The position numbers and the translations under genes were made by a program. The notes under the pieces were generated by a model. The model searched no databases. It was given only the letters and a program-made list of their open reading frames with translations, and had not been told where the DNA came from. From Balanoglossus misakiensis (Eukaryota; Animalia; Hemichordata), in NCBI GenBank assembly GCA_040954595.2, contig CM082582.2, forward strand, positions 1,116,001-1,180,000: DNA of 64,000 nucleotides, in the 5' to 3' direction. Below are positions 50,241 to 64,000 of the stretch, in pieces (positions within the stretch are counted from its first letter, which is position 1; each line of letters starts with the position of its first letter).

Positions 50241-50506
50241 CTAAACCAAAGCAATCTCCACCCTGCAACTTCCCCAGCACTTACTATCTGCATGCAAGTT
50301 GTGAACTTTTAATTTAGTATTCATTACAGAAACATTTCAGTCCTACAATTCACATGCATCTTATTTTCGTCAACACCAACTTATACAAAATATGATTTAA
50401 CCATCTTGTTCTCATTTCTCTCCAATGTACAGAAAGCAGTAGCCTGGATGGATTTACAGAGAGAGAGGCTAGTACACGGCACTCATGTGGACATGCACTA
50501 CCACAT

Positions 50507-51780
50507 ATCATATCTCAACGGGACTTCGGTTGTCGCTGTAGTATTTAACCCAAGTTTAACTGTGACACCCACGTCCGTACATGGCAAGGTTTTCTCTCCC
50601 AAAAGTTTCAGTTTGGCATCCCAGTTACCATCAGTTGCGCTTTCTCCATGCCTTCTAAGTTGAATGCGATTTACCATCACCGGATTCATACTGTGGTGCA
50701 AAGACAATTAAAAACATCGATTGTAAGTCATTTAGTAGTGATACCATTGTTACCAAACCTCGTTTTAAAATACATGTAATCTGTACTCAAAACTATCATT
50801 TTTTCTTTCTTTCTAGAATATGACTTGTGAGCGAGTGCCGCGTTTAAATTGATACTGAGAATAAACACCGCTAATCGACGATAAAATCAACGTATTTTCA
50901 AATGCAAGTGAACGCATGGAGGCAGCCATATTGAATTTAGGTTACATCCTAAGACATTCCGACTGGGCTTCAGGTGGATTCGGGAAAGGTCTCTAAAACA
51001 TAATCGGTCATCCAGTTTTGTATACTAAATTTCTAAAAATGAAGGACATGGGAGGTTAACATACCCACAATGAATACACACAAAAAAGGGCCCAGGCGTT
51101 TCGGGGTGCGATTGTTACGTACCTTAGCTCCATCATCTGCAACCAGCCAAGGCATGGCTGTGAAATTGCGCGTCATGGAGGATGTCGAGATCCGGAATTC
51201 CGCCAACGGGAAACTGTTTAGCGTGCCTTGTATGCAGCACGATGGCAACGTTCTGGAACTTAAATTCTGGAAAGAAAATCCGAAGTGGCTGAACAGATTA
51301 TAGAAGGGAGAATACGTACAGCTCCGCAACTTTTCCACTGGAAGAGATAATACCATTTGCCTCTATGATAGAGCAAAGGCCGGGGATGCCATTACGCCGT
51401 TAAACCTGAAATATAGATTGAGAGTGGATATTGTTTTACACAATTTTTGAACATTGAAGTAAAGTATTAGAATGATGGAGTCCGATAGAAAAAGTGAGTT
51501 GGTAATTTCGGCATCCGACTTCGTTATTAAAATGGAAAGATTTGCGATTTGAGATTCGGTTACCATTTGGAAGTTTGAAAGGAAATATTTCATTCAAGTA
51601 CAGTGGCAACTACTGGATTATGGAGAATATTTGAAATGTTGATGAACGGAGACCTATTAGAATCAATGAAAACCTACCTTTATTGGTGTTACGGTTACTA
51701 CACCTGACAGACCGCTGGTCTGCGTCCGACCGATTTTGAGCTCCTTGCTCTTGTGGAGACATGCGGAGGTACAGCAGGTT
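50507..51780 (-). pseudogene. Rearranged copy of the OB-fold gene with the first exon internally inverted and a nonsense codon
   Basis: 51380-51780 is a direct copy of 31775-32175; 51138-51379 is the inverted exon with CAG>TAG at 51301. Confidence 0.8.
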
Positions 51781-54700
51781 TATTGTTTTTTTGTAAAACC
51801 ATAGTTAAACTCCAAAAATCTTCTTCTCCAGAACGAGCGATGACTGAGTCGCAAGATTCGGGGAGTATGGTCACTACACTGATGTCTATCAAGTTTGCAA
51901 AGAGCATTGTGATTGGTCGAAGATTATGGCGGCCATATTGGATTTTGTAAAAAACAGAGAAAAATTGAAATTCCTTTTTCTAGTCCAAAAATTGATAGCA
52001 TACAAATTCTTTTTATGGATATCAATCGTCATGTGACTAAAATATATAACAATTTTTTGGCGATTTTTCACATGACCTTTGACCTAATTATCACACATTA
52101 TTATTTCTGCATATCTAATTCCAGGCTAACCTATAGGGCTAGAGGTTTGGTTTTTGATGAATGTGGATTAGTGTGTGATCAAAATATTTTGCTACTTTTC
52201 ATGACCCCTTTGACCTCTGCTGACCTCATTAATTATGCACATACCTAATTACAGGCGAACCAATAGAGCTAGAGTTTTGGTTTTTGTTGGACATGGACCA
52301 GTATGGGTAAAAAAAAATTGCCCAAATGTTGGGTGACCTCAGGTGACCTTTGACCTACTTCACCCTATTTCAGCAGCAAAAATACACACATCCTTGTTAT
52401 GTCATGAGATAATACATCCGATAGAAAATTCTGTTTCTTCTCATTCATACTGTGCATATATAATTCAAGATCAGCGCTTGGGCCCAACAATGCTGCTCGC
52501 AGCTTTAATTAGGGCCCAAGCGCAAGCAAGCGCTTGGGCCCTATTGGTTTCGTTGGGGTTTTTCTGTCTTTAGGGCCCAAGCGCAAGCCAGCGCTTGGGC
52601 CCTATTGGTTTCGTTGGGGTTTTTAGGGCCCAAGCGCAAGCCAGCGCTTGGGCCCTATTGGTTTCGTTGGGGTTTTTCTGTCTTTCTTTCTTTCTTTCTT
52701 TCTTTTTTCTTGTGTCAATTCTTTGTCGCTCTAGATCTCAGACACCGCTGCAGGTACACTTCTGAAACTTGCTACAGTGGTCAAGGTCAATGAGTAGATG
52801 TGCATTGAACCCTTGAATTTTTAATTGGTCACGTGACCTGGCGGCCATATTGGATTTTCTGAAAAAATGCAAATCTTAGATCTCAGAAACTACAAGTCAG
52901 ATCGACTTCAAATTTGGTGTGCAGGTAGTCTACCTTCTACCCATCATTTTTGTAATTGGATATTTTGCTGTCAATGTTGCAGTTTTTTTGCTACAATTTT
53001 TTTTCTGAAATCCGGCTTAAATTTCAAAAATCTTCTTCTCTAGAACTGGTGATAACCGAGACACGGGGTTTGGGGTATGTAGTCACCTATCTGATGTCTA
53101 TCAAGTTTGCGAAGATCTTTGTGATTGGTCGAAGATTATGGCGGCCATATTGGATTTTCGTAAAACCTTAGTAAAATTTCAAAAATCTTCTTCTCAAGAA
53201 CCGGCGATAACCGAGTCACAAGATTTGGTGTGTGTGGTCATTAAACAGATGTCTATCAAGTTTGCGAAGAGGAATGTGATTGGTCGAAGATTATGGCGGC
53301 CATATTGGATTTTGTGAAAAACGATTAAAAAGTAAAAATTCCCTTTCTAGCCTAAAAATTGATAGCACAGAAATTCTTTTTATGGATATGAATCATCATA
53401 TGACAAGAATATGCTATAAATATTTTGGTAATTTTGGCAATGACCTTTGACCTACTTTTGACACATCATTTTTCTGCATATCTAATTCCAGGCTAACCAA
53501 TAGGGCTATAAGTTTGGTTTTTGATGTATGTGGATTAGTGTGTGATCAAAATATTTTGCTACTTTTTGTGACCCCTTTGACCCCTGCTGACCTCATTAAA
53601 TATGCACATACCTAATTAATGATGAACCAGTAGACCTAGAGGTTTTGTTTTTGTTATACATGGACCAGTATGGGGTCAAAATATTTTGCCTAAATGTTGG
53701 GTGACCTCGGGTGACCTTTGATCTACTTAACACTATATCAGCATCAGATCAGATAATAGAGCTTGGGCCCGGACAATGCTGCTTGCAGCTTTAATTCTTT
53801 CTTTCTTTCTTCTTTCTTTATTCTTGTGTCAATTCTTTTTCGCTCTAGATCTCAGACACCACTGCAGGTACACTTCTGAAACTTGCTACAGTGGTCAAGG
53901 TCAATGAGTAGTCGTGCATTGAACCCTTGAATTTCTAATTAGTCACATGACCTGGCAGCCATCTTGGATTTTCTGAAAATATGCAAATCTCAGATCTCAG
54001 AAACTACAAGTCAGATCGACTTCAAATTTGGCGTGCAGGTAGACTACCTTCTGCTTATCATTTTTGTAATTGGAAATTATGCTGAAAAAGTTGCAGTTTT
54101 TTTGCTACAATTTTTTTTCTGAAATCTGGCTTAAATTTCAAAAATCTTCTTCTCCAGAACCGGTGATAACCGAGTCACGCCGTTTGGGGTATGTGGTCAC
54201 CTAACTGATGTCTATCAAGTTTGCGAAGATCATTGTGATTGGTCGATGATTATGGCGGCCATATTGGATTTTCGAAAAACCATAGTAAAACTTCAAAAAT
54301 CTTCTTCTCCAGAACGGGCGATGACTGAGTCACAAGATTTGGTGTGTGTGGTCATTAAACAGATGTCTATCAAGTTTGCGAAGGGGAATGTGATTGGTCG
54401 AAGATTATGGCGGCCATATTGGATTTTGTGAAAAACGATTAAAAAGTAAAAATTCCTTTTCTAGCCTAAACATTGATAGCACAGAAATTCTTTTTATGGA
54501 TATGAATCATCATATGACAAGAATAAGCTATAAATATTTTGGTAATTTTGGCAATGACCTTTGACCTACTTTTGACAAATCATTTTTCTGCATATCTAAT
54601 TCATGGCTAACCAATGGGGCTATAAGTTTGGTTTTTGATGTATGTGGATTTGTATGTGATCAAAAAATTTTGCTACTTTTCATGACCCTTTGACCTCTGG

Positions 54701-57700
54701 TGACCTCATTAAATATGCGCATACCTAATTAATGATGAACCAATAGACCTAGAGGTTTTGTTTTTGTTATACATGGACCAGTATGGGGTCAAAATATTTT
54801 GCCCAAATGTTGGGTGACCTCGGGTGACCTTTGACCTACTTTTGCATATCTTGACATCCACACCAGATACAGCCTTGGCGTTTGGAGGTATGGGGCCATA
54901 ATGAAAAGCCAAAGTTTTGAGTCACCTGTGACACCTGCTTTACTCATTATTTATGTGCATACCTAATTCCGGGCTAACCAAAAGGGCTAGATGTCTGGTT
55001 TTTGTTTGACATGGACCACTACGGGTCAAAATTTTCTGCCCAAATTTTGGATGACCTCAGATGACCTTTGATCTACTTTTGCATATATCGGCATCCAAAG
55101 CAGGTACAGCCTTGGCATTTGGAGGTATGGGGCCATAATGAAAAGCCAAAGTTTTGGGTCACCTGTGACACCTGCTTTATGCATTATTTATGTGCATACC
55201 TAATTCCGGGCTAACCAAAAGGGCTAGAGGTCTGGTTTTTGTTGGACATGGACCACTGTTGGTCAAAATTTTCTGCCCAAATTGTGGGTGACCTCTGGGT
55301 GACCTTTGACCTACTTAACACTATATCAACAACAAACATAGATATAACCTTGATATTTCATGGGGATAAAACACAGCATTATGTTTCAACTCATTAATTA
55401 TGTGCATATCTAATAATCAGATCAGATAATAGAGCTTGGGCCCGGACAATGCTGCTTGCAGCTTTAATTCTTTCTTTCTTTCTTTATTCTTGTGTCATTT
55501 CTTTGTCGCTCTAGATCTCAGACACCACTGCAGGTACACTTCTCAAACTTGCTACAGTGGTCAAGGTCAATGGGTAGTCGTGCATTGAACTCTTGAATTT
55601 TTAATTAGTCACGTGACCTGGCGGCCATATTGGTTTTTCGGAAAAAATGCAAATCTCAGATCTCAGAAACTACAAGTCAGATCGACTTCAAATTTGGCAT
55701 GCAGGTAGACTACCTTCTGCCCATCATTTTTGTAATTGGATATTTTGCTGTAAATGTTGCATTTTTTTTGCTACAATTTTTTTTCTGAAATCTGGCTTAA
55801 ATTTCAAAAATCTTCTTCTCCAGAACCGGTGATAACCGAGTCACGGGGTTTGGGGTATGTGGTCACCTAACAGATGTCTATCAAGTTTGATATGAAGCAT
55901 TGTGATTGGTCGAAGATTATGGCGGCCATATTGGATTTTCGAAAAACCATAGTAGAACTCCAAAAAATCTTCTTCTCCAGAACGGGCGATAACTGAGTCG
56001 CAAGATTCGGGGAGTATGGTCACTACACTGATGTCTATCAAGTTTGCAAAGAGCATTGTGATTGCTCGAAGATTATGGCGGCCATATTGGATTTTGTAAA
56101 AAGCAGTGAAAAATTGAAATTCCTTTTCCTAGTCTAAAAAATGACAGCATACAAATTATTTTCATTGATATCAATCGTCATATGACTAAAATATGTTACA
56201 AATTTTTGGCGATTTTTCACATGACCTTTGACCTACTTATCACGCGTTATTATTTCTGCATATCTAATTCCAGGCTAACCTATAGGGCTAGACGTTTGGT
56301 TTTTGATGCATGTGGATTAGTGTGTGATCAAAATATTTTGCTACTTTTCATGACCCTTTGACCTTTGCTGACCTCATTAATTATGTGCATAGCTAATTAC
56401 AGGTGAACCAATAGAGCTAGAGGTTTGGTTTTTGTTGGACATGGACTAGTATGGGATCAAAATTTTTTGCCCAAATGTTGGGTGACCTCTGGTGACCTTT
56501 GACCTACTTTCGCATATCTCAGCATCCAGAGCAGATACAGCCATGGCATTTGGTAGGAGGGGACCAGAATGTAAAGCCACATTTTTGGGTCACCTGTGAC
56601 ACCTGCTGACCTCATTAAATATGCACATACCTAATAACATCCGAACCAAAACAGCTAGAGTTTTGGTTTTTGTTGGACATGGACCAGTATGGGTAAAAAA
56701 AAATTGCCCAAATGTTGGGTGACCTTAGGTGACCTTTGACCTACTTCACCCTATTTCAGCAGCAACAATACACACATCCTTGTTATGTCATGAGATAATA
56801 CATCCGATAGAAAATTCTGTTTCTTCTCATTCATACTGTGCATATATAATTCAAGATCAGCGCTTGGGCCCGACAATGCTGCTCGCAGCTTTAATTCTTC
56901 TTCTTCTTCTTCTTCTTCCGAGAAATTCGGCCAGGTAGATCTGGAAAACCGCTGCACCTTGGGGGCTGAAACTTGGTAGGGTGATAGGGGCCAATGAGTA
57001 GACGTGCAGTGGCTCGTGAATATTTAATTAGTCACGTGACCTGGCGGCCATATTGCATTTCCTGACAATCGTTAAACGAGTCCTTCTCAAAAACTACTGG
57101 GCCGATCGAGTTCAAATTTGGTGTGCAGGTAGCCTACCTTCTGTCCATCATTTTACCCCTTGAAATCATGACGTCACACATAAAGTTTTTTTGCTACAAT
57201 TGTTTTTCTGAAAAACTACTTAAAACTTTAAAAATCTTCTTCTCCAGAACCAGCGATTGCCGAGTCACAGGATTCGGGGTATGTGGTCACCTAACCTATT
57301 TTTATCAAGTTTGCGAAGCGCACTGTGATTGGTCGATCATTATGGCGGCCATGTTGGATTTTCTGAAAACCATTGAAAAATGAAAATTCTGCATTGTAGC
57401 CAAAATGTTGACAGCACGTAAATTCTTTTTTTGGATATGAGTCATCATATGACCGGAAGTTGTTACAATTTTTCGGGGCAATTTTGACATGACCTTTGAC
57501 CCAGTTTTAAAACAACTAATTATATATGCATATCCCCATACCTCCTCTTGTAAAAGCACCACAGTCATGAATTTTGTGGACATGGGTACCAATGCTGCCA
57601 GGACATGACACAACTATTTTGGTAATTTTGGCAATGACCCTTGACCTATTTCTAAAACATCATTTTTCTGCATATCTAATTCCAGGCTAACCAATAGGGC

Positions 57701-58107
57701 TAGAGGTCTGGTTTTAGTTGGACATGGCCCACTCTGGGGTCAACATTTTATGCCCAAATTTTGGGTGACCTTGGATGACCTTTGATCTAATTTCCCATAT
57801 CTCAGCATCCACAGCAGTTAGAGTCCTGACTTTTGGAGGGCCGATGGAGCAGATATGGAGTCTTACACAAGACCTCATTAATTATGCGCATACCTAATTC
57901 TAGGCGAACCAATAGAGCTAGGTGTTTGGTTTTTGTTGGACCTAGACTAGTATGGGGTCCGATTTTTTTGCCCAAATTTGGGGTGACCTCTGGTGACCTT
58001 TGACCTACTTTCCAATATCTTGGTATCCACAGCAGATACAGCCTTGGCATTTGCTTGTTACCATGGGAACCGCTTGTGCCCCGCCAACGCTGCTTGCAAC
58101 TTTAATT
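51781..58107 (+). mobile_element. Stack of five HINE/Helentron-like non-autonomous elements
   Basis: 3' ends with hairpin gctgct(t/c)gca(g/a)c and tttaatt at 52510, 53796, 55469, 56896 and 58107, the first four preceded by subterminal gcttgggccc; palindromic heads tagggcccaagcgc...gcgcttgggcccta at 52510, 52571 and 52624; (TTTC)n and (TTC)n tracts; internal subrepeats. Confidence 0.8.
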
Positions 58108-58345
58108 GTATTTTGCATTTTCTCACGGTGGCGACCATATTCCTTTGCGGCGAAGATTTATTATTTGTCTGGTTTAAACTTGCATATGCACTCATACTTA
58201 GGGTTCATAATACTTGTAGATAGTTCAGTGCATACTTCTGTATGGGCTAAAGGTGGTGCAGTTTGAAAAAAAGTGTGATAATTTCCCAAAAGTACCAGCT
58301 GATGCACCGATTTATGTCTAATCTCTGTTTTGAATTTCTTGGCAG

Positions 58346-61300
58346 CTTAACCCAAGTTGATAGTACCCTTCTTGTCCTGGACAGAAGTCTATCTGTCAGT
58401 ACAAATGGTGTAACCGTATCAGTAGATGACAACTCGTGGCATAATGTTGTCATGGTAATTGAAGAAGGCATTGTGGCAGTTTACTTGAATGGTGTTGCAG
58501 TAACATCACCCCTTCCATCCTGGACAGGTATCGATGACTCAGAAAAGTAAGTTGCTAGTGGAACTCCGAACATTTTTAACTCCTACAAAGCCATAGAAAA
58601 TTGTCATCATCACATGTTAAAATTCTATATTTTCCTATACTGTCAAGTTTTCCCAAGCCTCAAGAGAAGTGAACCATTTATTTGTGAAGCAGTTATCTTG
58701 TTTATAACTTATCTGCTAGGTAGCTTGTCTTACTCCTACATGACAATACAATATCATCATAACATGTTGCGACTTACAACAAAACTGGCCAAAAAAATCA
58801 AGGGAGCAAACTATGGACATCAGCAAAGCTATCTTCGTGGCACTTTCAAATTCAAACTTATGCGGAACGATACTGATTTTCACAGTTTATTTTTGACAAC
58901 TTCTTACCAGCACTTTTAATGAATTCATTATTCTCTTGTTTTTCAACAGCTGTATGGTAATTCTTGGTCAAAGCTATGACGAAAATGGACTCCTTGACAA
59001 CTATTTTAGCTTCCATGGTGATGTTACACAGATGAATGTATACGATTATGTATTGACTCCTGTTGAAATCCAGAGTCTGGCTTTGAACTGTTCACAAAGT
59101 CCACTTGGCAATCATGTCATGTGGGTTGAAATGGATCAAGAGTTATTGGGTAGTGTGGTCAAAATCCAGCCATCAGCTTATGGAAGTACCAGGTGCCCAA
59201 TTGGTTACTCTGGTTCACCATGCACATAGCCTTATTCATTACTATCAAACAATTTTATGCATAATCTGACGAGGAGAAATTGGGTCATATTCACAGAGTT
59301 GATTAATCCTAAATCCTTACTTTAACACAGCTCTCCTTGTAATGTTGTGTCTGTCCAGGGAAAACTGTGTGAAATTTTGAGTAGTTTTTCCTGTGTACAT
59401 TCACCAGCCCCTAGCTGCTGTGTGTTGTACTCCAATCACACAGCCTGCAATCTCCCTACTTTAGGAAGTATAGGGAATCATCATCTGCCCATGCCTGTAT
59501 CGCTCACTCTTTTTGTTTCTACCGTACATGTATTTAACACTGAATGTAATGATACTATTCACAACCACCATCACCATCATCATCATCATAATCATCATCA
59601 CCACCACCACCACCACCACCATCATCATCACCATCATCATCATCAGTTTCTGCTGTTCCAAGAACTAGGCTTATCATGAGTGTAATTGATCATATCAGTT
59701 ATTATGCCCATGGATACCATCTCATGACTCCTGTCCTATCTTGTAGTGTTTCTTGACAGTGATCTAGTCTATTCACATGTATCAGAAAACAAGCACTTAA
59801 CAATATCTGGATTTCTCATGAATATGTGACAGATATTAACATCTAGTAGTGCATTTACCTAAATGTACCAGTGTATGCATAGGGGGTGTGGACCAGTTGT
59901 TTAATTTACAAACATTTGTTATTCTTTCATTTTTTTTCTTCAGATAAACACGCTCCTGAAGTCATTTACTGTCCCAATACGACCCGTATAATTAGTCCTA
60001 ATAGCTTGACAACAGGAGTATGGCAGGAGCCTATATTTACAGATTATGTCGCCATTGCCAATGTGACACAAACCTACACAATGGGTAAGTTTCCTATAAA
60101 ATATCATTTCTGATTATAGATAATATATAACATTCACACTAACTAAGTTTTTTTTATCGGGGTGGGGTGGGGAGTTGATCTAAACAGAAACCAACAAGCT
60201 GAGACAACTTTCCTAAGATTATGGTCAGTATGAAGCATACTGGTACAGTTTATTCTTGTGGCCGTTACTCATATATGGCTAGCACATCCTATGTGCGACA
60301 GATGATCTTGCTTCCAAGTATTAAAGCCTCAATTGCTGATACTATTACCATATGTTTATAGGCCCTTTCCTCGATCCCAGGGCAGTACAATGAAGTTAAA
60401 ACTCGAAAGCATTTGTGTTTGCACGTAATTGTTTATTGGAAACAAAAGATTTGACCAACTGTTGAGCAAGGCCTTTAATCAGTAAAGTACTTAATATTCT
60501 CCACTACTACTGGGGATACCCATACCACAAATGTTGTGTTCTCTTACAATGGGCAGTTGAATAAACGTGTGCGGCACCATATCTGTTTAGTATACATATC
60601 TTGTTCATGTTTATATGTATATGTACAGTCACAATCAGGAGTTGATAATATGCCTGTGTATACCCACCAGATAGCTCACTTAAATGGACCATTCTAAGTT
60701 TGAAAAGAAAATCATGAAAAATATTCAAGAAACGGAAGCTATTTTGGCTTTAGCACCCATGCCTGTAATGATGTGCATAATTTTGTTCTTACAGGTGACA
60801 CCTTTTCCTGGGGAACCTACCAGATCAGCTATGTTGCTTCAGATACAGCTGGCAACAATACACAGTGCAACTTTTTACTCTATGTACTGCGTGAGTGAAT
60901 TTTTTTATCATTCATACATAAACTTTACAAATTAATTAATATCTTGACAAATTGTCATCTCTACCCCTTGTTATGTCTTGTCACATACTGTAAAACGGGA
61001 CATTTTCGTGACAGAAAATATTTTGCAATATATCAAAAGAGGCAACTGTGACACGAGAATTAAATTTCCGCATTCTAGTATTTTACTAACTACTCTGTTA
61101 TCTCTGAAAAACATTTTATGCGACTTTATTTTCTTCTTCTTTTTTGCCGAAGTTTGGGAAAATTTGCCGTTTTACAGTAATATGATTGCATCATTATCAC
61201 TTTTGTCCCTATGTAACTATCAAAAATTATAACAACATCATTCAGAACATACAAGGACACTCAAACCCGTCTAAAACAAACCCTGTCTAATCGGGAAACC

Positions 61301-63465
61301 TCTCTTCAACCAACAGCTTTTCCTAGTCCCTTTTACATAGAAACATGTTAATGTGTTGGTGTTCTGTTTAAAAGATTTGACTGTGTAATAAATATGGGTG
61401 TCACACATACACCATTAAGACAGTTCTGAAGCATCTCAGAATTGATACTGTCTTAAAAAAACATGTGTGGACGGTGTAAGTGGTCCTGAAACGTCTCAGA
61501 TTTTAGACGGCTCTGCCAGCCAGACCTGAGCCGGTGTAAGGATTAACACCTCTCCGCAACCCATTGTCTATGGGGCCGAGCCTCAGCGCCCATACATAAA
61601 CTTTGTGTGTGTGGACACAACATGACTCAAAGGATTAATGCTCTGTGGTTAGCACTGGCAAATAGTGTCTCAAATTTTACCCTGTGTGAACCTGGTAAAA
61701 GAGGCATTGTGCCCTAGTGGCTAGGGTTGTGGGTTCGTTACCTAGACCTGGACATTTGGGTAGTATTTGCCTGTTGGATGATATATGAGACACAGACATT
61801 TGGGTAGTATTTGCCTGTTGGATGATAGATGAAATAAAATTAAAAATATATATATAGACAAATAAACTGTGTTCTCCTTTCTTTTACATCATTTGATTGT
61901 GAAAAGCCAGCACCACCAGTTAAAGGTATTTCCATCTGTAATGAGTTTGAGTCGGGTGTGTCCTGTCAGGTGGATTGTTTACCAGGATACAAGTTTGCAA
62001 GCCTGCCAGCACCTTACTATCTCTGCCATAGTGAAGGATCTTTTAATCCTGAGAATCCAGACGAGGAATTCACCTTCCCTGGATGTTCAGGTGAGAAAAA
62101 AATGATTTGGTATCAGTAAAGAAATATAATCAGGTTGCACATGCACATTCAGAAAATTCTCCAAAGAGAGAGAGAGTTGTGAGAGGGGGTATTCCAGCAT
62201 TGAGACAATTTTCTTTTAGTTATAAATGAAAAGAGAAATATGAGTAATGCAAATTCTTGCTTTACAGTATGTCAAGGTTGTGATTACAGGTAGATAATTT
62301 GTTAACATCATATCTGCTTACCCCAATATAAAGCTCCAGTACATTTGAGCTATTTTCTTAATATTTTGTTCTGGGTAAGCAGCTGTAACTTTCCTGATTG
62401 GCTAAGCGGTTTCGCAGTCTAAGTCAATACATCGTTCGCTAGATTGAAAATTGCATCTTTAACAAAATTTGTTTGTTTGTATTGTTCTACTGCAGCTCCT
62501 GGGAAGACTCAACGTGGAGTGAATTGTGGCGTGTCATACAATTCACAGGCTGGTACATGTAACAATGGTGTCATCCAGCAATTGAGGATCAGTTTTATGA
62601 ACACTATCAACTATCTGAATGATTTGTTTGGTATTTGTGGCGGTGAATGCAACTTTGATGACCTTGAAATAACCTGCGGCGCCTCAAACCGAAGAAAGAG
62701 ACAGGCTGATACTCAGCTTGTGGTTCAGTTCAGTTTCACAACCAATGCGTGAGTAGTAATTGTTATTTTTCGAGTATTTCATTCCCCTTCTGTTCTATTG
62801 AAATGACTTTGGTGACATGTCTAGGGTACTGATCCCAGGCTGTGTGAGGACCAGCTCTGTATTCCCTATACAGCTGGTGTTTGCATTATTGCAAAATATT
62901 CCATTCATGCAAGTGAAAACAAATTATTTTGTGTCTTAACACTCAAACATTTTCAGTTTTTGGCAACCCCATCATTTCTGCCCACCTTCCTTCATGTTGC
63001 GGCATCCTGTATTCTAAAGATTCATGCATTCGAAATATACTGCAAAACGTGTTATTTTCGCGAGCAGTAAATTTCTGCAAAACATGTGCTGGTCAAAAAA
63101 ACGTTAAAATAAAAAGTTGTGTAAAATGTTTTTGGAGATAATGATGCAGTTAGTGAAATACGAGAACTCGAAAATTCGTCCTCACGTAACAGTCGCCTCT
63201 TTTAATATCGCGAAAATTTCCTGTCGTGAAAACAATTCAGTTTACAGTACACACTTCTGGTTGGTATTGTAATGTGGCATATGTAAGAATTTTTTGCCTG
63301 TTGTTTTATCCATTAGCTCTGCTGATGCTGCAGCTGTAGTTATTGAAGATGCAGTCAAGAATGGTCCTTTTGATACAGCTGAATATTCGGTCGACGCTGA
63401 GACATTACAAGTTGAAAGTACAATATTCTGTTCCAATGGTAGTGTTCTTGTTGGAGAAGAATGTG
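58346..63465 (+). pseudogene. SVEP1-like multidomain gene (pentraxin, HYR, sushi/CCP, RRKR module); exons 58346-58546, 58950-~59226, 59944-60084, 60795-60890, 61890-62090, 62496-62748, 63317-63465
   Basis: DNSWHNVVMV, ILGQ..D, FHGDVTQMNVYDYVLT (pentraxin); DKHAPEVIYCP and F.WG.Y.ISYVASDTAGN..QC.F (HYR); DCEKPAPP...CQVDCLPGYKF (sushi); exon phases compatible; lesions are TAG at 59227 and an acceptor AG>AT at 61888-61889. Confidence 0.82.
59564..59644 (+). repeat. (CAT/CAC)n intronic microsatellite
   Basis: Read directly from the sequence. Confidence 0.95.
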
Positions 63466-64000
63466 GTGAGTGCCTATACTCCTCAGTTGTTATGTACTTT
63501 AACCCTTTCACTCCCAGTTTCCTCTATAGAGGTCAAACCTTACCATAGAAAACAATTGGTTTGGACTGAACCATGGTGGTGAAAGGATTAAAACTGTGTC
63601 CAAAATTAATATTATAAAAAGGTGTAGATGTTAATATGTTTATATCGCCTGATATGACCTGTTATGTGGGCCGTATTGCTGCGAGTGTGGTTGTGAGTCG
63701 CAGTGTACAAATTAAAGACAAGTGTGAGTGGTAAATACAACCCAACCAAGAGGTGATATAAGGAAATAATTGATTTGATATGCTCATACCAAGGAGGGAC
63801 AAAGTCTCTTTCTCGCTGCCCTTTTTCCATTAATTATGTTTGATAGAAGACACAGTTAATGTTATTCTACATGTGGATATATAGTGAATCAACATTCAAC
63901 CACACACAACTGCAATCCCACTTGTAGACACAAGAGTGAAAAACTGGCCAAAATGAATGCTGTGTGTTACAATTGTAGTTGTGTTTTAAACCATTAATGC

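Noticed and set aside
59347-59679. Poly-His ORF
   Set aside because: Intronic CAT/CAC microsatellite with no splice or domain support

Overview
AT-rich, intron-containing eukaryotic DNA, probably from a marine invertebrate (inferred from the TE families and SVEP1-type gene), dominated by nested mobile elements. (1) A young Gmr1-type Ty3/gypsy LTR retrotransposon (5753-15917, order PR-IN-RT-RH) is interrupted in its integrase zinc finger by a second, heavily rearranged gypsy element (8880-12552, minus strand). (2) A ~310-bp satellite carries a 5'-truncated L2 LINE, which carries a full-length LTR element (36905-42734) with non-canonical CGCCA...TGGCG termini, a 3-bp TSD and a LADD RT motif. 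(3) Scrambled copies of a spliced multi-OB-fold (RPA-like) gene lie in the arms of a ~19-kb inverted duplication (about 32.3-51.4 kb). (4) A self-nested stack of Helentron-associated (HINE/DINE-1-like) elements occupies 51.8-58.1 kb. (5) Exons of a damaged pentraxin-HYR-sushi (SVEP1-like) gene run from 58.3 to 63.5 kb. All alignments were done by eye and no database searches were run; family names rest on remembered motifs. No CRISPR array, rRNA or convincing tRNA gene was seen.
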